DNA from: Octopus vulgaris
Taxonomy: Eukaryota
Assembly (NCBI GenBank): GCA_951406725.2
Contig: OX597815.1
Span: 93,620,001 to 93,684,000, forward strand
Direction of reading: 5' to 3'
Length of the DNA: 64,000 nucleotides
The notes beneath the pieces are model-generated. The model worked only from the letters and a program-made list of their open reading frames with translations, was not told the origin of the DNA and ran no database searches. Position 1 is the first letter of the stretch, and every line of letters begins with the position of its first letter. The position numbers were made by a program, and so were the translations under genes. Below are positions 11,881 to 25,589 of this stretch, one piece after another.

Positions 11881-11977
<97 letters not shown>

Positions 11978-12139
11978 AATATAAATATATATACATATAT
12001 AAATAAGCATAAATAGATATATATATACACATACATATATGTACATATATACACATACATACACACATACACACATACATACATATATACATACATACAT
12101 ACATACATATATACATACATGCATATATGCATGCATACA

Positions 12140-12178
<39 letters not shown>
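11435..12178. repeat. Compound microsatellite (CA)n/(TG)n/(CT)n/(TA)n/(TACA)n
   Basis: Direct inspection. Similar tracts at 5395-5800, 14950-15090, 15600-15715, 29455-29760, 49635-49920, 50490-50705 and 51455-51675. Confidence 0.95.
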
Positions 12179-12181
<3 letters not shown>

Positions 12182-12978
12182 CATTCTGAATTAAGATATA
12201 CAATAAGATAGCAAGAGATCTTATTGAAGATATTGCAAGTTACTGAGAAAATATCAACAGCAAATGTTCGAGATGTGTTGAGAAGAGGAAAAAATATATG
12301 GTGGAGATTGTAAAGATGAAAGATTGCTGTAAAATATAATTAAGAGAGGGGGGATGAAGAGAGAGGGGGAGGTGGAAGAAGAGAGAGGGAAGAGAGGGAG
12401 GGAGGGAGGAAGAGAAGTGGAGGAGAGAAAAGAAGTGTCAGTGAAAGAGATCTGTATGTTTGCCTTGAGTAAAACTGAAGGAGTAATGAGAAAGTTCTAT
12501 TCTGAAAGAACCAATAAATGTTTTAGAAATTGTATCTTGTAGCCTATTGTTGGATATCAATACAGTAAGAATGACTACAAAACCAACATCAAGAATGATT
12601 TTTCTTTCTTTAAATATTTGGATGTAGTAGTAATACATATGATCGTTATTGACTGGTCAATGGGGGAGTTTGTATGTGTGTTACTTGACCTGCTAGAAAT
12701 AGCAACTAGATGTCATCCAAACCACACAGTGCAATTTTTTGAAATATGGAGGAAAAAATTGGTTAAATGTAGTTCTGGATAAAGTGATATAAATGATGAG
12801 GTATGCATGTGGATGGCATTTCCTTCTTTCCCAACTTTGGCTTCATGAACTGTAGTGTAGCTATAGTTCCTAAAATCCATGGCAACAAAAGGACTTTAAA
12901 AAAGCTAGCTGATTGATTGACCAAATGATTAATCAAACAATTGATTTGTTAATTATGTGTGAGTGTGTGTGTGTATGT

Positions 12979-13023
<45 letters not shown>

Positions 13024-13413
13024 TGTGTGTGTGTATGTATGAGTATGTGAGTCCTGTGCCAGTGTTATGTGAAAAGCACTTGTGCCAGTGCTGCATAGGA
13101 ATGCTTGTGCTGGTTCCACATTAAAAGTCCTCAGTACACTCAGTTAAATCAGTCTGGAACCTGGTGCAGCTCTTCAGCTTGTCAGCTCTGGTCAAACCAT
13201 CCAACCCATACCAGCCAGCACGGAAAATGGCTGTTAAGGAATGATGATGATGATGTTGATGATGATGGTGATGGTGGTGGTGGTGGTGATGGTCATGGTG
13301 GTCGTGGTGATTATGATGATGATGAGGAGGAGGAGGGCGACGATGACAACAATGATGACGATGATGACAATGACTATGATGACAAGGACGACAAGGACAA
13401 CAGCAACAATAGT

Positions 13414-13929
13414 GGAGGCACAATGGCCCAGTGGTTAGGGCAGCGGACTCGCAGTCATAAGAACGCAGATTCGATTCCCAGACCAGGCATTGTAAGTGTT
13501 TATTGAGCAAAAACACCTAAGCTCCACGAGGCTCTGGCGGGGGGTAGTGGTGAACCCCGCTGTACTCTTTCACCACAACTGCTCTCACTCTTTTTTCCTA
13601 CTTCTGCCACAAAGCAGAGGAATCACGGTGTGGTAAACTTTCAGACCCTAGTCTAGATTGCAAATCCTCTGTACCTCAGGATGGTTAACTCTCCTCCCAT
13701 TAAAAGCCACTATTTACGGAATGAGGATAACAACGTAGCTTTCGCGCCCGTGCAACTGCCAGTCTATCGCATATGGTGGGTGGATCTTCCAGCTGCCACA
13801 CACATTCTTAGTAGAATAGAGTAAGCTCGAATTAGAGATTATTCTTTGTGGCTAATGGCATGAGTCCTGATTGGAAGAAGAAGAAGAAGAAGAAGAAGAA
13901 GAAGAAGAAGAAGAAGAAGAAGAAGAAGA
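13414..13929 (+). mobile_element. tRNA(Arg)-derived SINE with (GAA)n tail (OR-like octopus SINE)
   Basis: Head TGGCCCAGTGGTTAGGGCAGCGGACTCGCA (TCG in anticodon position), B-box GATTCGATTCCC, long unique body, (GAA)n tail; CpGs retained. Confidence 0.75.
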
Positions 13930-13952
13930 CAATGACAACAACGATATGTATA

Positions 13953-14166
13953 TGAAAAATAAGGATAAACAAAGTTAATATTAAAGTTCTCATTCGCATT
14001 TTACCATTATGGTTGTTTGGAACTCAACTATATATGTTCCCTGAAGATCCATTATGGTTGAGCATCTATATGCATTTGGAAAATCTATCACAGGACTCCA
14101 AACAACCATAATGGGAAAATATACATAGGAACTTTTAATATAAAGTTATGTTTATCCTTATTTTTC
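13953..14166. repeat. Fold-back element, ~75-bp imperfect arms
   Basis: GAAAAATAAGGATAAAC...CCATTATGGTTGTTTGGA vs TCCAAACAACCATAATGG...GTTTATCCTTATTTTTC. Confidence 0.8.
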
Positions 14167-14239
14167 CTACATTTGCTCTATAGCTCATAACTAGTAATAC
14201 TACGGAGTATAGAAGTTATATACAACTGTCCATATACAT

Positions 14240-14860
14240 AAGGGTGTAAGCAATTTGAGAGAAAAACTGGGTGTATGAGGCAGCAAATGTAGTGTATAAG
14301 AGAAAAGACTACACTGGTGCAGTCATGTAATGAGTATGAATGAAGACAATTGTATCAAGAAGTATCTTTCCTAAATAGTGGAGGGAACATGTAGAAGGGA
14401 TAGACCCAGGAAGATGTGGGACAAAGTGGGACAAAGTGGTGAGAAAGGATTTTCAGACATTGGGCCTCACAGAGGGGATGACAGGGAATCAAGACTCCTA
14501 GCAGTTTGCTGTGCTTGAGAAGTCACATCAAGCTAAGTAAAATCATGGTTGTCCTTGCATACAGGCATGTCTCCTTCATCCCTCTTCTGCTGAGTGTTCC
14601 TAATCATGTGGGCTCAGGGTGCTGGTATTATGTAAAAAGCACCCATGCCACAGCTACATAAAGGCAACCATACCAGTACTGCATAAAAGCACCCACTACA
14701 CACTGTAAAGTGGTTGGCATTAGAAAGGGCATCCAGCCATAGAAACCATACCAAAATAGACATGGAGCCCAGGCAGCTCTTCAGTTGGCCAAAGCCTGTA
14801 AAACCATCCAACCAGCATGGAAAACAGATATTAAATGACGGTGATGATGATGATGATATT
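14240..14860 (+). mobile_element. RTE LINE 3' end (same family as 528-1998)
   Basis: LREKLGV..HVMSMNEDNCIKK..VEGTCRRDRPRKMWD followed by the 3' UTR and (GAT)n. Other 3' ends at 40510-40995 (+) and 25680-25800 (-). Confidence 0.8.
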
Positions 14861-14955
14861 CAAAAAGCAGACTAAATTATTAAAATTTACATGGCACTCT
14901 AAACATAACAGTAGTGGTACATCTATTATCTACTTGTACACACAATTTATATGCA

Positions 14956-14989
<34 letters not shown>

Positions 14990-15279
14990 CATACATACAT
15001 ACGTATGTATGTATGTGTGTATGTGTGTATGTATGTATGTGTGTGTGTGTATGTATGTATGTATGTATGTATGTATGTATGTATGTATGTATAAAGCAGC
15101 CATTTTGATCATCAACAACTGCTATATGTTGTCTGGCTATATGGCTAAATGAATGACTTTCATAGGCTCAAAAGTGACTGACAAGATAGGTGGTTACTGA
15201 AACATCTCAATGTCCCACAAGGTAACTTGTGGTAAATATTCCATACCTTATTTGAGGTCCCTCTTTCCTATTTGTTTAA

Positions 15280-15504
15280 CACTTTAACATTCAGATTACT
15301 CTGTCAAATGTAATACTCATTTATTCACATTGCTTTGAATTAATCATGCATTATCTTGTAGCTTCAAGATTTTGGGGATGTGGTTGTTGAGGATGTGATT
15401 GCTTATTTTTAAATTGACATTGTACAGTAAGTGTGAAAGGCCAATTTGAGCATAAAACAGATAGAATATTTGGACTGGATATGGCAAGTTTAAATGTGAA
15501 AGGG
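15280..15504 (-). mobile_element. piggyBac-type MITE (decayed copy)
   Basis: Reverse complement of the TTAA-flanked element at 61655-61861; ends TTAA|CACTTT...AAAGGG|TTA. Confidence 0.75.
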
Positions 15505-15662
15505 TTACTTCACATCAATAGAAAGCCATGGCAATAAGCAACTATTGAATTGCTGTGCACTTTCAGTGATGAAATACTTGCTTAGATGAACTAAAATTAT
15601 ACACACAAACGCAATCACACACATGCACACACACACGCATGCACACGCACGCGCACATGCAC

Positions 15663-15715
<53 letters not shown>

Positions 15716-16789
15716 TGAATATATGTGAGTGTGTTTATCTATGAAGGACAATAGTAACAACATATCAAATGGCAACTTTTTATCAATGATAGCAGTACAA
15801 TCTCGCAAAATACTACAACAGAAGTACGCCAAAAACAAATACAACAGCAATAGAAGCAACCACAACAACAAACATAGTAGCAACAACAATGCGGTAGCAA
15901 CAAAAGCAACAATAATTCTCCCCATGATCCTTCTATATACTTCAAAAATGCTAAAAGCTTAGGTTTAAATTTTAATTCTTAATCAAAACACAAGATTACA
16001 TTCAATATATTTGACTCTTTCCCTATCATCCTGGATTAAATATTGTTGCTCCTTGTTGAATTCTTTCTATTCATTTCGGCTGACATTCAGTTTTTTTTTT
16101 TTTTTTAAGACTCACATTAACTGATTCATTTGATCATATTAGAATTTTTTCATTTTTACCCTTTTATTATTTTACCATTTCAATATTTTACCGTTTTTAT
16201 CATATTGTTACATTTCTATTTCATCATTTTATCATCATCTTCATTTAATGTCTGTTTTCCATGTTGGCATGGATTGGACAGTTCAATGGGAACCAATGGG
16301 CCAGAGGAGAGGACAGTGCTGAGTTCTAATATCTGCTTTGCCATGGTTTCTACAGCTGGATGCTCTTCCTAATACAATCACTTTACAGATTGTACTGGGT
16401 ACTTTTTCTCATGGCACCAGCACAATGTTGCTATTTTGTACTCTCAATACAAGCTCCTCTACTGAGTTGCGTAGAGTAATGAGGGAGGTAAAAGTATGAT
16501 AGGGGGACAGGAACCAAATTACCATTTATTTTTTTATCATTTCTAAGGCAGTGAGCTGGCAAAGTTGTTAGCACACCAGGCAAAAATGCTACTAAGCATT
16601 TTGTTCAGTGTGCTCATGATTCTGCCAGCTCGCCACCTAAAATTGATTAATAAAAGAAGTGAAATAGAATCTGTGCATGTGTTTATTACTGACATAATGA
16701 CCTTCCTGAGTGAGATATAACAAAATCTGTTTTAACATACAAGTTCTCATCAAGAGTTTGGCAAACCATATATAAAAACAAAATATAAT

Positions 16790-17070
16790 TTTCTATTTGG
16801 CCATTATATTATTTTATTATCTTATTGCTTTATCATTTTATCATTTTATTATTTTAAATATTACCATTTTATCATTTTATTGTTTTGATATATTATTTAC
16901 TTATTTTATCATATATTTCACCTTACTGTTTTATAATTTTACATTTCAATATTTTACTATATTTACCATTTTATTATTGTACCATTCAATTATTTTACCC
17001 TTTGATAATTTTATCACAATTTTATAATTTTACTATGGTGCCGTTTGTTCAATTCTTACCATTTCATCAA
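16790..17070. repeat. Degenerate 8-bp minisatellite (TTTTACCA/TTTTATCA)n
   Basis: Period-8 units; further pieces at 16145-16235, 21415-21560 and 22215-22325. Confidence 0.7.
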
Positions 17071-17297
17071 GCAGTATGTTGTATCCTTGAGCTAGGCACT
17101 CATTTCATATTACTCCACTACACTAATTTAAATGAGTACCAGTACTTGATGGGCAAACCATGTGACAAACTAGTACCATGTTCAGTGGGAGTACTCTCAG
17201 CCTGAACACCCTGAAAATTCAGATTAAGTTCTAATCTCATAAACTGACAGACATTTTATCATTCTCCCATTTTATTATTTTAATATTTTATTATTTT

Positions 17298-17510
17298 TAA
17301 GGTGTGAACCGGCAGAATTGTTAACATGCTGGGCAAAATGCTTTGCAGTATTTTGTTCATCTTCACATTCTGGGTTCAAATTACACCAAGGTTGACTTTG
17401 CCTTTCATCCTTTTGGAACCAATAAAATAAGTGCCAGTTGAGTACTGGGGTCGATGTAATCAACTTATCTCCTCCCCTGAAGTTGCTGGCCTTGTGCCAA
17501 AATTTGAAAT
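17298..17510 (+). mobile_element. tRNA-derived SINE family B
   Basis: GGCAGAATTGTTA..GGGCAAAATGC..GTTCAAAT..GACTTTGCCTTTCATCCTTT..AATAAGTGCCAG. Copies at 22528-22720, 22733-22925, 27805-28010 (-), 32730-32860 and 43620-44290 (interrupted). Confidence 0.8.
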
Positions 17511-18024
17511 TAGTATATCAGTGAGTTATCAAAGAGACAAGGAAGAGAGCATAAATGGTGACTTAGCAGGTGCAAATTATCACAGGCAATATGGCTGAAT
17601 AGGTAAGAAGTTCACTTTTTGACCATGAAGTTTCGACTCTACTACAAGACATCATGGGAAAATGTCATTTTCCATCACTCCAGGTCAACTCATAGCTTGT
17701 GAGTGAAATTGGATAGCTGGAAACTGTATAGAAGCTTGTCGGTTGGATTGTATCTGTAATTTGAAAGATACAGCCTTGTCATTCACTATATCATGCTGAT
17801 TCTGCCTACGGATTTCATTAAGGCTACAGGTGTCTGTGGAGTACTTAGCCACTTACTAATTTAATTTAATGAGCAGTTAATTCACTTAAGTAAATTGGTC
17901 AAATAACTGAAAATTCATCAAGAAAACTGATGGAGATCCATCCATCCATTCATCCATTCATATATGTGTGTGCTTCTTTGTGTATGTATGTAAATATATA
18001 TGTATGTAAACATGTATGTGTGTT

Positions 18025-18077
<53 letters not shown>

Positions 18078-18109
18078 TTGTATGTATATAGCATCATGAA
18101 TTAGAGAGG

Positions 18110-19333
18110 ATGAAGTTTAAGAGCAAAGTATTCACTGCACTAGTAAAAGACCTACTGTATGCTGATGACTGATCTTGTCAATCATACAGAGCATAGATTG
18201 CAATCATTGATTGCTGTACTTGATTCAGCATGTGATATCTTTGGTTTGACAATAAATTTAAAGAAAATATTAGTTTTGTCTCAACCTCTACCTGGCCGTT
18301 ATGTAATCAGTAATCTTCTTAAGTTTGTTGAATCCTTCATATACCTTGGGTGTACAGTGAATAAAGATGGAAGATTAGATGCAGAAATATCTCTAAAGAT
18401 TCAAAAGACAGCAAAGTCTTTTGGTAGTTTAAAGTATCAAGCCTGGTTACAAGGACATATCAACAATGAAATAAAAAAAGAAATCTATTCATAAATCCTG
18501 GTGTTAATTTCTCTTCTATACTCGTCTGATATTTGGATATATTACGAATATCATGCTACTTTCTGAAAGTAAAATGGAATTCATTCATCACTGACTCTTA
18601 TGTTCTAGCTGCATCTGGTATTTGATCCATCTAAGCTATAATTTTGAATAATCATTTGTGATGGTCTGGACATATTGTCTTCATGGTGAACATACACTTA
18701 AGCAATTGTTTTACTGGGAACTTGTTCAGGGAAAAAGGAAACAGTGTAAACCAAAGAAAATGTTCAAGGATGCATTGAAGAAGAACTTGAAGAATGTAGG
18801 AATTGATTTTAAAAAACCCTGGAAAATCATGTTGTAGATTATTCTATCTGGCATTAAAAAATATGGGATGGTGCGAAAACTTTTGAGGCTAATACAAGTA
18901 AATATTAAGAGGAAAATACGAAAAAACAACTAGTAAGGGAATATGAACTTGAGAGAACATTTTTTACTTGTATACTTCATGGCAAAATTTGTCTGAGCTT
19001 AGATTTAAAACTCACATAAGAGCACACAGTAGGACACATCCTATTGATCAGAGAACAAACCTATCTATCACTTCTCAATTCCACATATGCAACGGGATCT
19101 GAAAATCTCAAGAAGGTCAGAAGAAACATTTAAGGTTCATCAAGATCAGCCACCACAGGCAGTTCAAGATGCATCAAATCATATAAATTGTAACTAATGT
19201 GCAACTTATGTGAACATCTTTTAAAAGTATGAAAAATATGTTTCATCTAAAAAGCCACATAAGATCTCATGCCAGAACTGAGTATCATCTACACTAAGGT
19301 GGTCAAACTTGTATTGAACAGACAGCCATCATG
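18110..19333 (+). mobile_element. RTE/BovB-like LINE 3' half with C-terminal C2H2 fingers
   Basis: DLLYADD, ACDIFGLTINLKK, VESFIYLG, QGKRKQCKPKKMFKDALKKNL, three decayed CxxC..HxRxH motifs, 3' end GACAGCCATCAT. Confidence 0.85.
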
Positions 19334-19335
19334 TA

Positions 19336-20328
19336 TCAGGTCATCCCATAAGTTCTGTCCAAATTTTGAATAAAGAAAACAAGTGATCAAATGTTATATT
19401 TAATTGAAATTTAATCATCAATGTACTTCCCTGATTATCTATGACTTCCTTCTTATTTACAAGCTTTTTAATCCCGTCAATGTAAAACTCTTTCGGTTTC
19501 AAAGTGAAGAACTCTGAAATGTCAGTTTTGACCTCCTGCTGGCTTGCAAAAGTTATGTCCCCCAAATGATTCTGTAAACTACAAAACAAATGATAGTCTG
19601 AAGGAGCAAGGTCAGGAGAATAAGGTGGATGAAGAATTTTTTCCCAACCAAGCTCTTCGATCTTCTGTGATGTGATCTTTGCAGTGTGAGGTCACGCATT
19701 GTCCTGATGAAACATCACTCCATTTCGATTCACTAAAGTAGGTCTTTAGAACAGATGTCAAGATTTACAGTTGCTTTCAGACAATTCATGAGGCACCCAT
19801 TTTCCAAGTTTAGGAACCATTCCAAGTTGTTGAAGATGATGATGAACAGTTGTATGGTTTGAACTAAGCTTTATTGCCAATTCTTCAACTCATAGTGCAG
19901 GATTTTCTTTAAGTAATGCCTCAAGGAGCTTATCATCAAACTCAACTGGACCTCCTGTTTGATCTTCATCTTCAAGGCTGAAATCTCCACTTCTGAATTT
20001 TGAAAACCATCTTCTGCAAGTTCTTTCATTCAAGCATTCTTTCCCATAAACTGAGTGTATGTTTTAAGTCACTTTGGTTGCAGAGTTTCTTTTTTTGTAC
20101 TCAAAAAGCATTATGTCCCTTAAATGCTCTTTAGATACTTCCATGTTAAAAAGGTTTTTAATCAAAGACATTTTAATTTTATTATTCTGCAAAATAATAT
20201 TTAATTAGTTTAAATGTACACAAATGCATAAAAATAATTTTTAATTCCATTAGACATTCTAAAATACTATTAAATTTTATTCAATTTTAAAAGAGATAAA
20301 ATCAGACAGAACTTATGGGATGATCTAA
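19336..20328 (-). mobile_element. Internally deleted mariner (DD34D) element
   Basis: 24-bp TIRs TCAGGTCATCCCATAAGTTCTGTC with TA flanks; MEVSKEHLR from 20144, then GKWVPHEL, HQDNA and HPPYSPDLAPSDYHLF. Confidence 0.95.
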
Positions 20329-21714
20329 TATATATATATCTGTGTGTGTGTGTGTGTATACATATATATGTATACACACACACATATGTATATATAAATA
20401 AATATATGTGGTTGTGTGGTAAAAAGCTTGCTTCCAGATCACATGGTTCTGGGTTCAGTCCCACTGTGTGACACCTTGGCCGCAGTCAAATGACTGAAAC
20501 AAGTAATATATAAATATATATATATATATATAAGCAGTAGAGTGAGTTGCCACATCAAAGTGACAGGTGAATGTTACTTCATCATCATCATCATCATCAT
20601 CATCGTTTAACGTCTGCTTTCCAATTTGACTGAGGACTGGCGAACCAGATGGTTGCACCAGGCTCCAATCTGATCTGGCAGAGTTTCTACAGCTGGATGC
20701 CCTTCCTTCATTTGTAGAAATATGTACCTGCCATTTTCTCAATGCTACTACTACTAACTCTTTCTTTACATCTTTCCTTTTCTACTTTTCATTATTCCTT
20801 TAACACTATCTCTCTCATTTCTTCCCAGTCTTCTATCATACTCTCTTTCTCTCCCTCTCACCCAAGCCCATCTTTTGCAATCATCCTCTTTTTGACTCAG
20901 TGTAATGGTCTTGCTGCCCTGAATGAACAGTGGTAACATAGAGTAGTGAGAATCCTAATACAAAGCAACCTCACAAGCACTGATGCTGCAATAAAGTGCA
21001 TTCAATACAATTTACAAGTGGTGGAAGAACAAATGAAGATATTAAGGATAGAGAAGACCATATGTCTTTTCTTGTCAAGGATATGGAGACCTCTCTAGTG
21101 CTGGGCTACTATAAAATGCACCAAGTATGTGTTATAAAGTGGTTTGTGGATGTGCAATATCATCAGGGAGTGGGTGAACCCGTTAGTCTAGTCTTGTTGA
21201 AGACATGATAACCTTTCCTGTGCTGGTGCCTTGAAAAATGCATCCTGTACACTCTGTAAAGTGGTTGGCATTGGGAAGAGTATTCAGCTACAGAAACGAT
21301 GTTAAACTGAAAATGAGGGATGGCCATTTCTAGAAAGATGGATACTACAAACAAGAACTGATTTGACCCAACCCAGATCAATATGGAAATTAGAAATAAA
21401 ATGATTGATACTGATGATCATTTCTACATTTTATATTTTACCATTGGCCCCTTACCTTTTTATCATTTTTTCATTTTACCATCATTTTATGATTATATCA
21501 TTTTATCTTTTTGTTGCTTTACTATCTTAGCATTTATCATTTTGCCATTTCAAATGTTCATCTTTTTACTCAATGCTCATCTCTAATAATCAGTCTCTCT
21601 TCTCACTCAAGTACACTTACCTACCTACCCACCTTTTTTGTTCCTCTATCCTAGTTCTGTCTCTCATATTCACCTTGTACTTTGATCGCACAACTCTCTC
21701 TCTCCTCCTCTCTC

Positions 21715-21782
<68 letters not shown>

Positions 21783-22137
21783 CCTCCCCTCTCTCACTCT
21801 CTCTCCCTCTCTCTCAATGGAGAAACCATGTATTCATCTTCAGCAAGATACCTGCCCCTGCTCCCTATGATATTTTCATATCTCTCAGTACTATACACTA
21901 TTCAGTTGAGGGATCTTGTTTTGCATGTACTGGGTGACCTCACTACTGCTTGTGCCATAAAAAATACATCTAGTTTACTCTGTTAAGTGGTTGGTGTTGG
22001 GAAGGGCATCCAGCTGTAGAAACCAGCCAAAGCAGGTAGTGGAGCTAGGTGCAGCCTTCTGGCTTTCCAGTTCATGTCAAGCCATCCAACCCATGCCAGT
22101 ATGAAAAAAATGATGATGATGATGATGATGATGACGA

Positions 22138-22179
<42 letters not shown>

Positions 22180-25141
22180 TGATGACGACAACGACGATGA
22201 CGACGATGATGATAATTACCATTTTATTATTCTACCATTACAATGTTTTACCATGTTGCCATCTGATGATTTTTACCATTTCATCACTGAACCATTTTAT
22301 CATTCAATCATTTACCATTTTACCTGGAGAAACTGTCTTTGTAATATATTCACTCAAAAAATACACTAAGAAAACCATCAAAGGAAATAAAAAATAGATA
22401 TAACTAATTATTACTATATATATTATATCCAATGCTTTATCAGTTCCACTATTTATCATTTTTTCCCCTGTTATAGCCTGTTAGCTATAGTCATACTAGG
22501 ACATTGCCATTAATGTTAGTTTCACTGAAGGCAGTAAGCTGGCAGAATTGTTAATACACTGGGTAAAATGCTTTGTGGTATTTAATCTGCTGGGACTGAC
22601 TTTGCCTTTCATCCTTTCAGGGTCGATAAAATAAGTACCAGTTAATCACTGGAGCCAATTTAATCAACTTATCCCCTTTCGAAAACCCGCTGGCCTTGTG
22701 CCAAAATTTGAAACCAGCATTACACTCACTTAAGGCGATGAACTGGCAGAATTGTTAGCACACTGGGCAAAATGTTTAGAGGTATTTCATCTGTCTTTAC
22801 GTTCAAACATTGCCTTTCATCCTTTCAGGGTGGATAAAATAAAAACTGGTTGAGCACTGGGGTTGATATAATTGACTTACCTCTCCTCCAATATTGCTGG
22901 TCTTGTAGAAAAATTTGTGACCAACACTTTCATTTGCACAGCTTTACCTCTGTAGTTGAACTCTGTGAATCTGATACTACAACATTTGCTTATGTTTCTT
23001 GCTGTGACAGATTTAGCTGAGATCTCTGGGAGAAAACTATTCAGGTATCTCTTTTAAAAAAGTACTTCATCTTATCCATGTACTTTTTTAAAAAGTTTTT
23101 TGGTAAATTATTGAAGATTTGTGAGCTTTTGAAACTTATGCTTTGTAATATCTGACCTTGACCAAAACTCCTTTTTCTCCCCTTCTCTCTCTCTCTCTCA
23201 CTCTCTCTCTCTCCCTCTCTCCCTCTCTCGTCTTTCAGTCACCAAATAAATAAATAAACAATAGTGAGGGTAAGGCAATCTCTATAGTGCTAGCACCAAG
23301 AATAAATGCACCCAGAACACTCTAACCAAGCCAAATCTGAGACATTGGAACAAAACATGGTCCTTCATCAGATTCTTTCAAACCTTCCAATCTATGAAAA
23401 ATGAACATAAAATGATGATGATGATGATGATGATGTATGACATTCAATGCACTTCTCCTCAACAATGATGATGGTGATAATGATGATATATAAATACACA
23501 CGTGCGCGTGCACCCACCCCCCACACACACACAGAGTAACAATCTATCCCTCACCACTTCATGTATTCTGGTGGTCTATGATCCATATATTTGTACTTCA
23601 CTACATTTAAACTGGTGTGTGTGTTTGAGTTCTTGGTATTTTGGCTGCTTCCAGCTAAAATACCAAGAGCATAAATATATTCAATTTACTATGCAAAAAC
23701 TTTGCAAGATTACTTGAAATACTGAAACCATCATTAAAAATTTAATTCAAAATGAGCTTATGGAAACGAGCTGTTCCAGTCATTATATGAATAAATATTT
23801 CATAATTATACCAAAATTACTTTTTTGATGCAAAAGGATTTGTGAGAAGGCTCAATAAAAGTAGAATGAATCAGATTTTGAGTGATATGTATACAATAAG
23901 TATATCTAATACAAAGAGACACTTGAAAATAAAATCAAGCTGCATATTAAAATAAATATATGCATAATATGTTCTTATATATCTATAATGTCAATTTTGT
24001 TGATCTGAACACTGCTGCATTTTTTTTTTTTTTTTGCAAATGCAGATTCAAGTCAATAAACTCGTAAAACATAAAACTGCATCCAATTGATTTATTTCCT
24101 TCTGTATTTGTATCAATTTTCAAATGCTTTATTCTATAAGGTACTTTAGAAAATTAAAAATTCAGTATTTCCCAAAGTCTAGACACCAGTTATAATTTTA
24201 CATGTATTATATATTCAATAACAGCAGTGGTCTTACATTATGCATTGCTCTTAGTAATCGAGGTGTATGTGTGTTTATATATATCCTAATCATCATTTAA
24301 CATCTTCTTTCGATCCTGGCATGATTTGGATGATTTGACAGGAGCTGCTTAAACAAGACTGCACCAAGCTTCAGTGTCTGTTTTGGCATGGTTTTTAAGG
24401 CTGGTTGACCTTCCAAACACCAACCACTTTACAATGTGGAATGGATGCTTGTACATGGCACCAGCACTGGCAGGGTCACCAAGTAATTAACTTGCAAGAC
24501 AAAGATCCATTGAGAGGGAAGGGGGCATTAGAGGAGGTGATGAAAGGTTATAGTATGGCAGAGACAGAAAAAGGCGTCTTGTATAGGAGATACATGGTTA
24601 CCCAGTCAGAGAGAGAGAGAGTGATCAAAATCAAGGACAGAAACAGGTGTGTTGCTGTAGAGGAGATACATAGTTACCCAGTCAGAGGGAAAGAGCAAGA
24701 AAAAGAGAAGGAGAGAGTGGAAAAGAGTGAGAGTGTAAGAGTGCAAGAGAGAGCAGTAGAGACATGATGGTAAAGAGCCAGGGTATACTCACAAGGAACA
24801 GGGATCAGAATACAAATGGAATGGTAGAGTAGAGCAAGGGAGAGACAGATGGTGACAAAGTGCCTGGGCATACCCTCATGATATGAGGGTCAGAATGCAA
24901 ATGGTAGGGTATTGCGAAAGGTGCATGAGTAGGGAGTAGAGACTCTACATGAATGCAAAGAGTGAAGAGGTGGGGAATGCAGTGACTGGTGAAATCTGGC
25001 TATGTAGAGGGGGTGGGGGACAACAGGATAGCCATGATACTGTGAGCAGGGCAGTGAGGACAGGAATGAGGAGCAAGAGATAAGCATAAGCATAGTACAT
25101 GAAAAAGAGGAAAAGTAAGGAAGAGATGTAATTTGGTTTGG

Positions 25142-25589
25142 GGATCTTTTCACTTTGACCGGCAGATTTTTAAAATAATTTCTATGTAACTAAACACTTT
25201 TAAACTTCGTATACTGGTAGTGTGTTACATAAAACATCTATTTCTCTTGGCTTTCTTGAGAAAATTCTGTAGTTTGTAAGCTATTTGTTGTTTAATTTCT
25301 TGCATTTCGGCAATATGCCATAAAAAACAGGGACAATTTCATATGACACCGCAAATTATTGTTGTTGACAAAATACGGCAGATATTGAATTCACCTCAAT
25401 AGATGTCATTGATTGGTTGAAATTACCGAAATGCAAGAAATTAAACAACAAATAGCTTACAAACTACAGAATTTTCTCAAGAAAGCCAAGAGAAAAAGAT
25501 GTTTTATGTAACACATTCTACCAGTATACGAAGTTTAAAAGTGTTTAGTTACAAAGAAATTATTTTTAAAATCTGCCGGTCAAAGATCC
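25142..25589. mobile_element. Fold-back MITE with ~165-bp arms and 8-bp TSD (Merlin- or MULE-like)
   Basis: GGATC...GATCC termini; TGGTTTGG duplicated at 25134-25141 and 25590-25597; near-perfect long inverted arms. Confidence 0.85.

Noticed and set aside
11481-12203. Long YI/CV/HT-rich ORFs (also at 5362-5841, 29303-29821 and 49430-50849)
   Set aside because: They are translations of di- and tetranucleotide microsatellites.
13414-13490. tRNA-Arg gene
   Set aside because: No proper acceptor stem or terminator, and it continues into a SINE body with a (GAA)n tail.
13105-13516. Poly-Asp/His/Met ORFs (also 22049-22397 and 41535-41765)
   Set aside because: They are (GAT)n-type trinucleotide tracts, mostly LINE tails, with no splice or domain support.
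20628-20655. CTGAGGA followed by a hairpin in LINE-tail copies, as a hammerhead
   Set aside because: No GAAA after stem II and no stem I or stem III.
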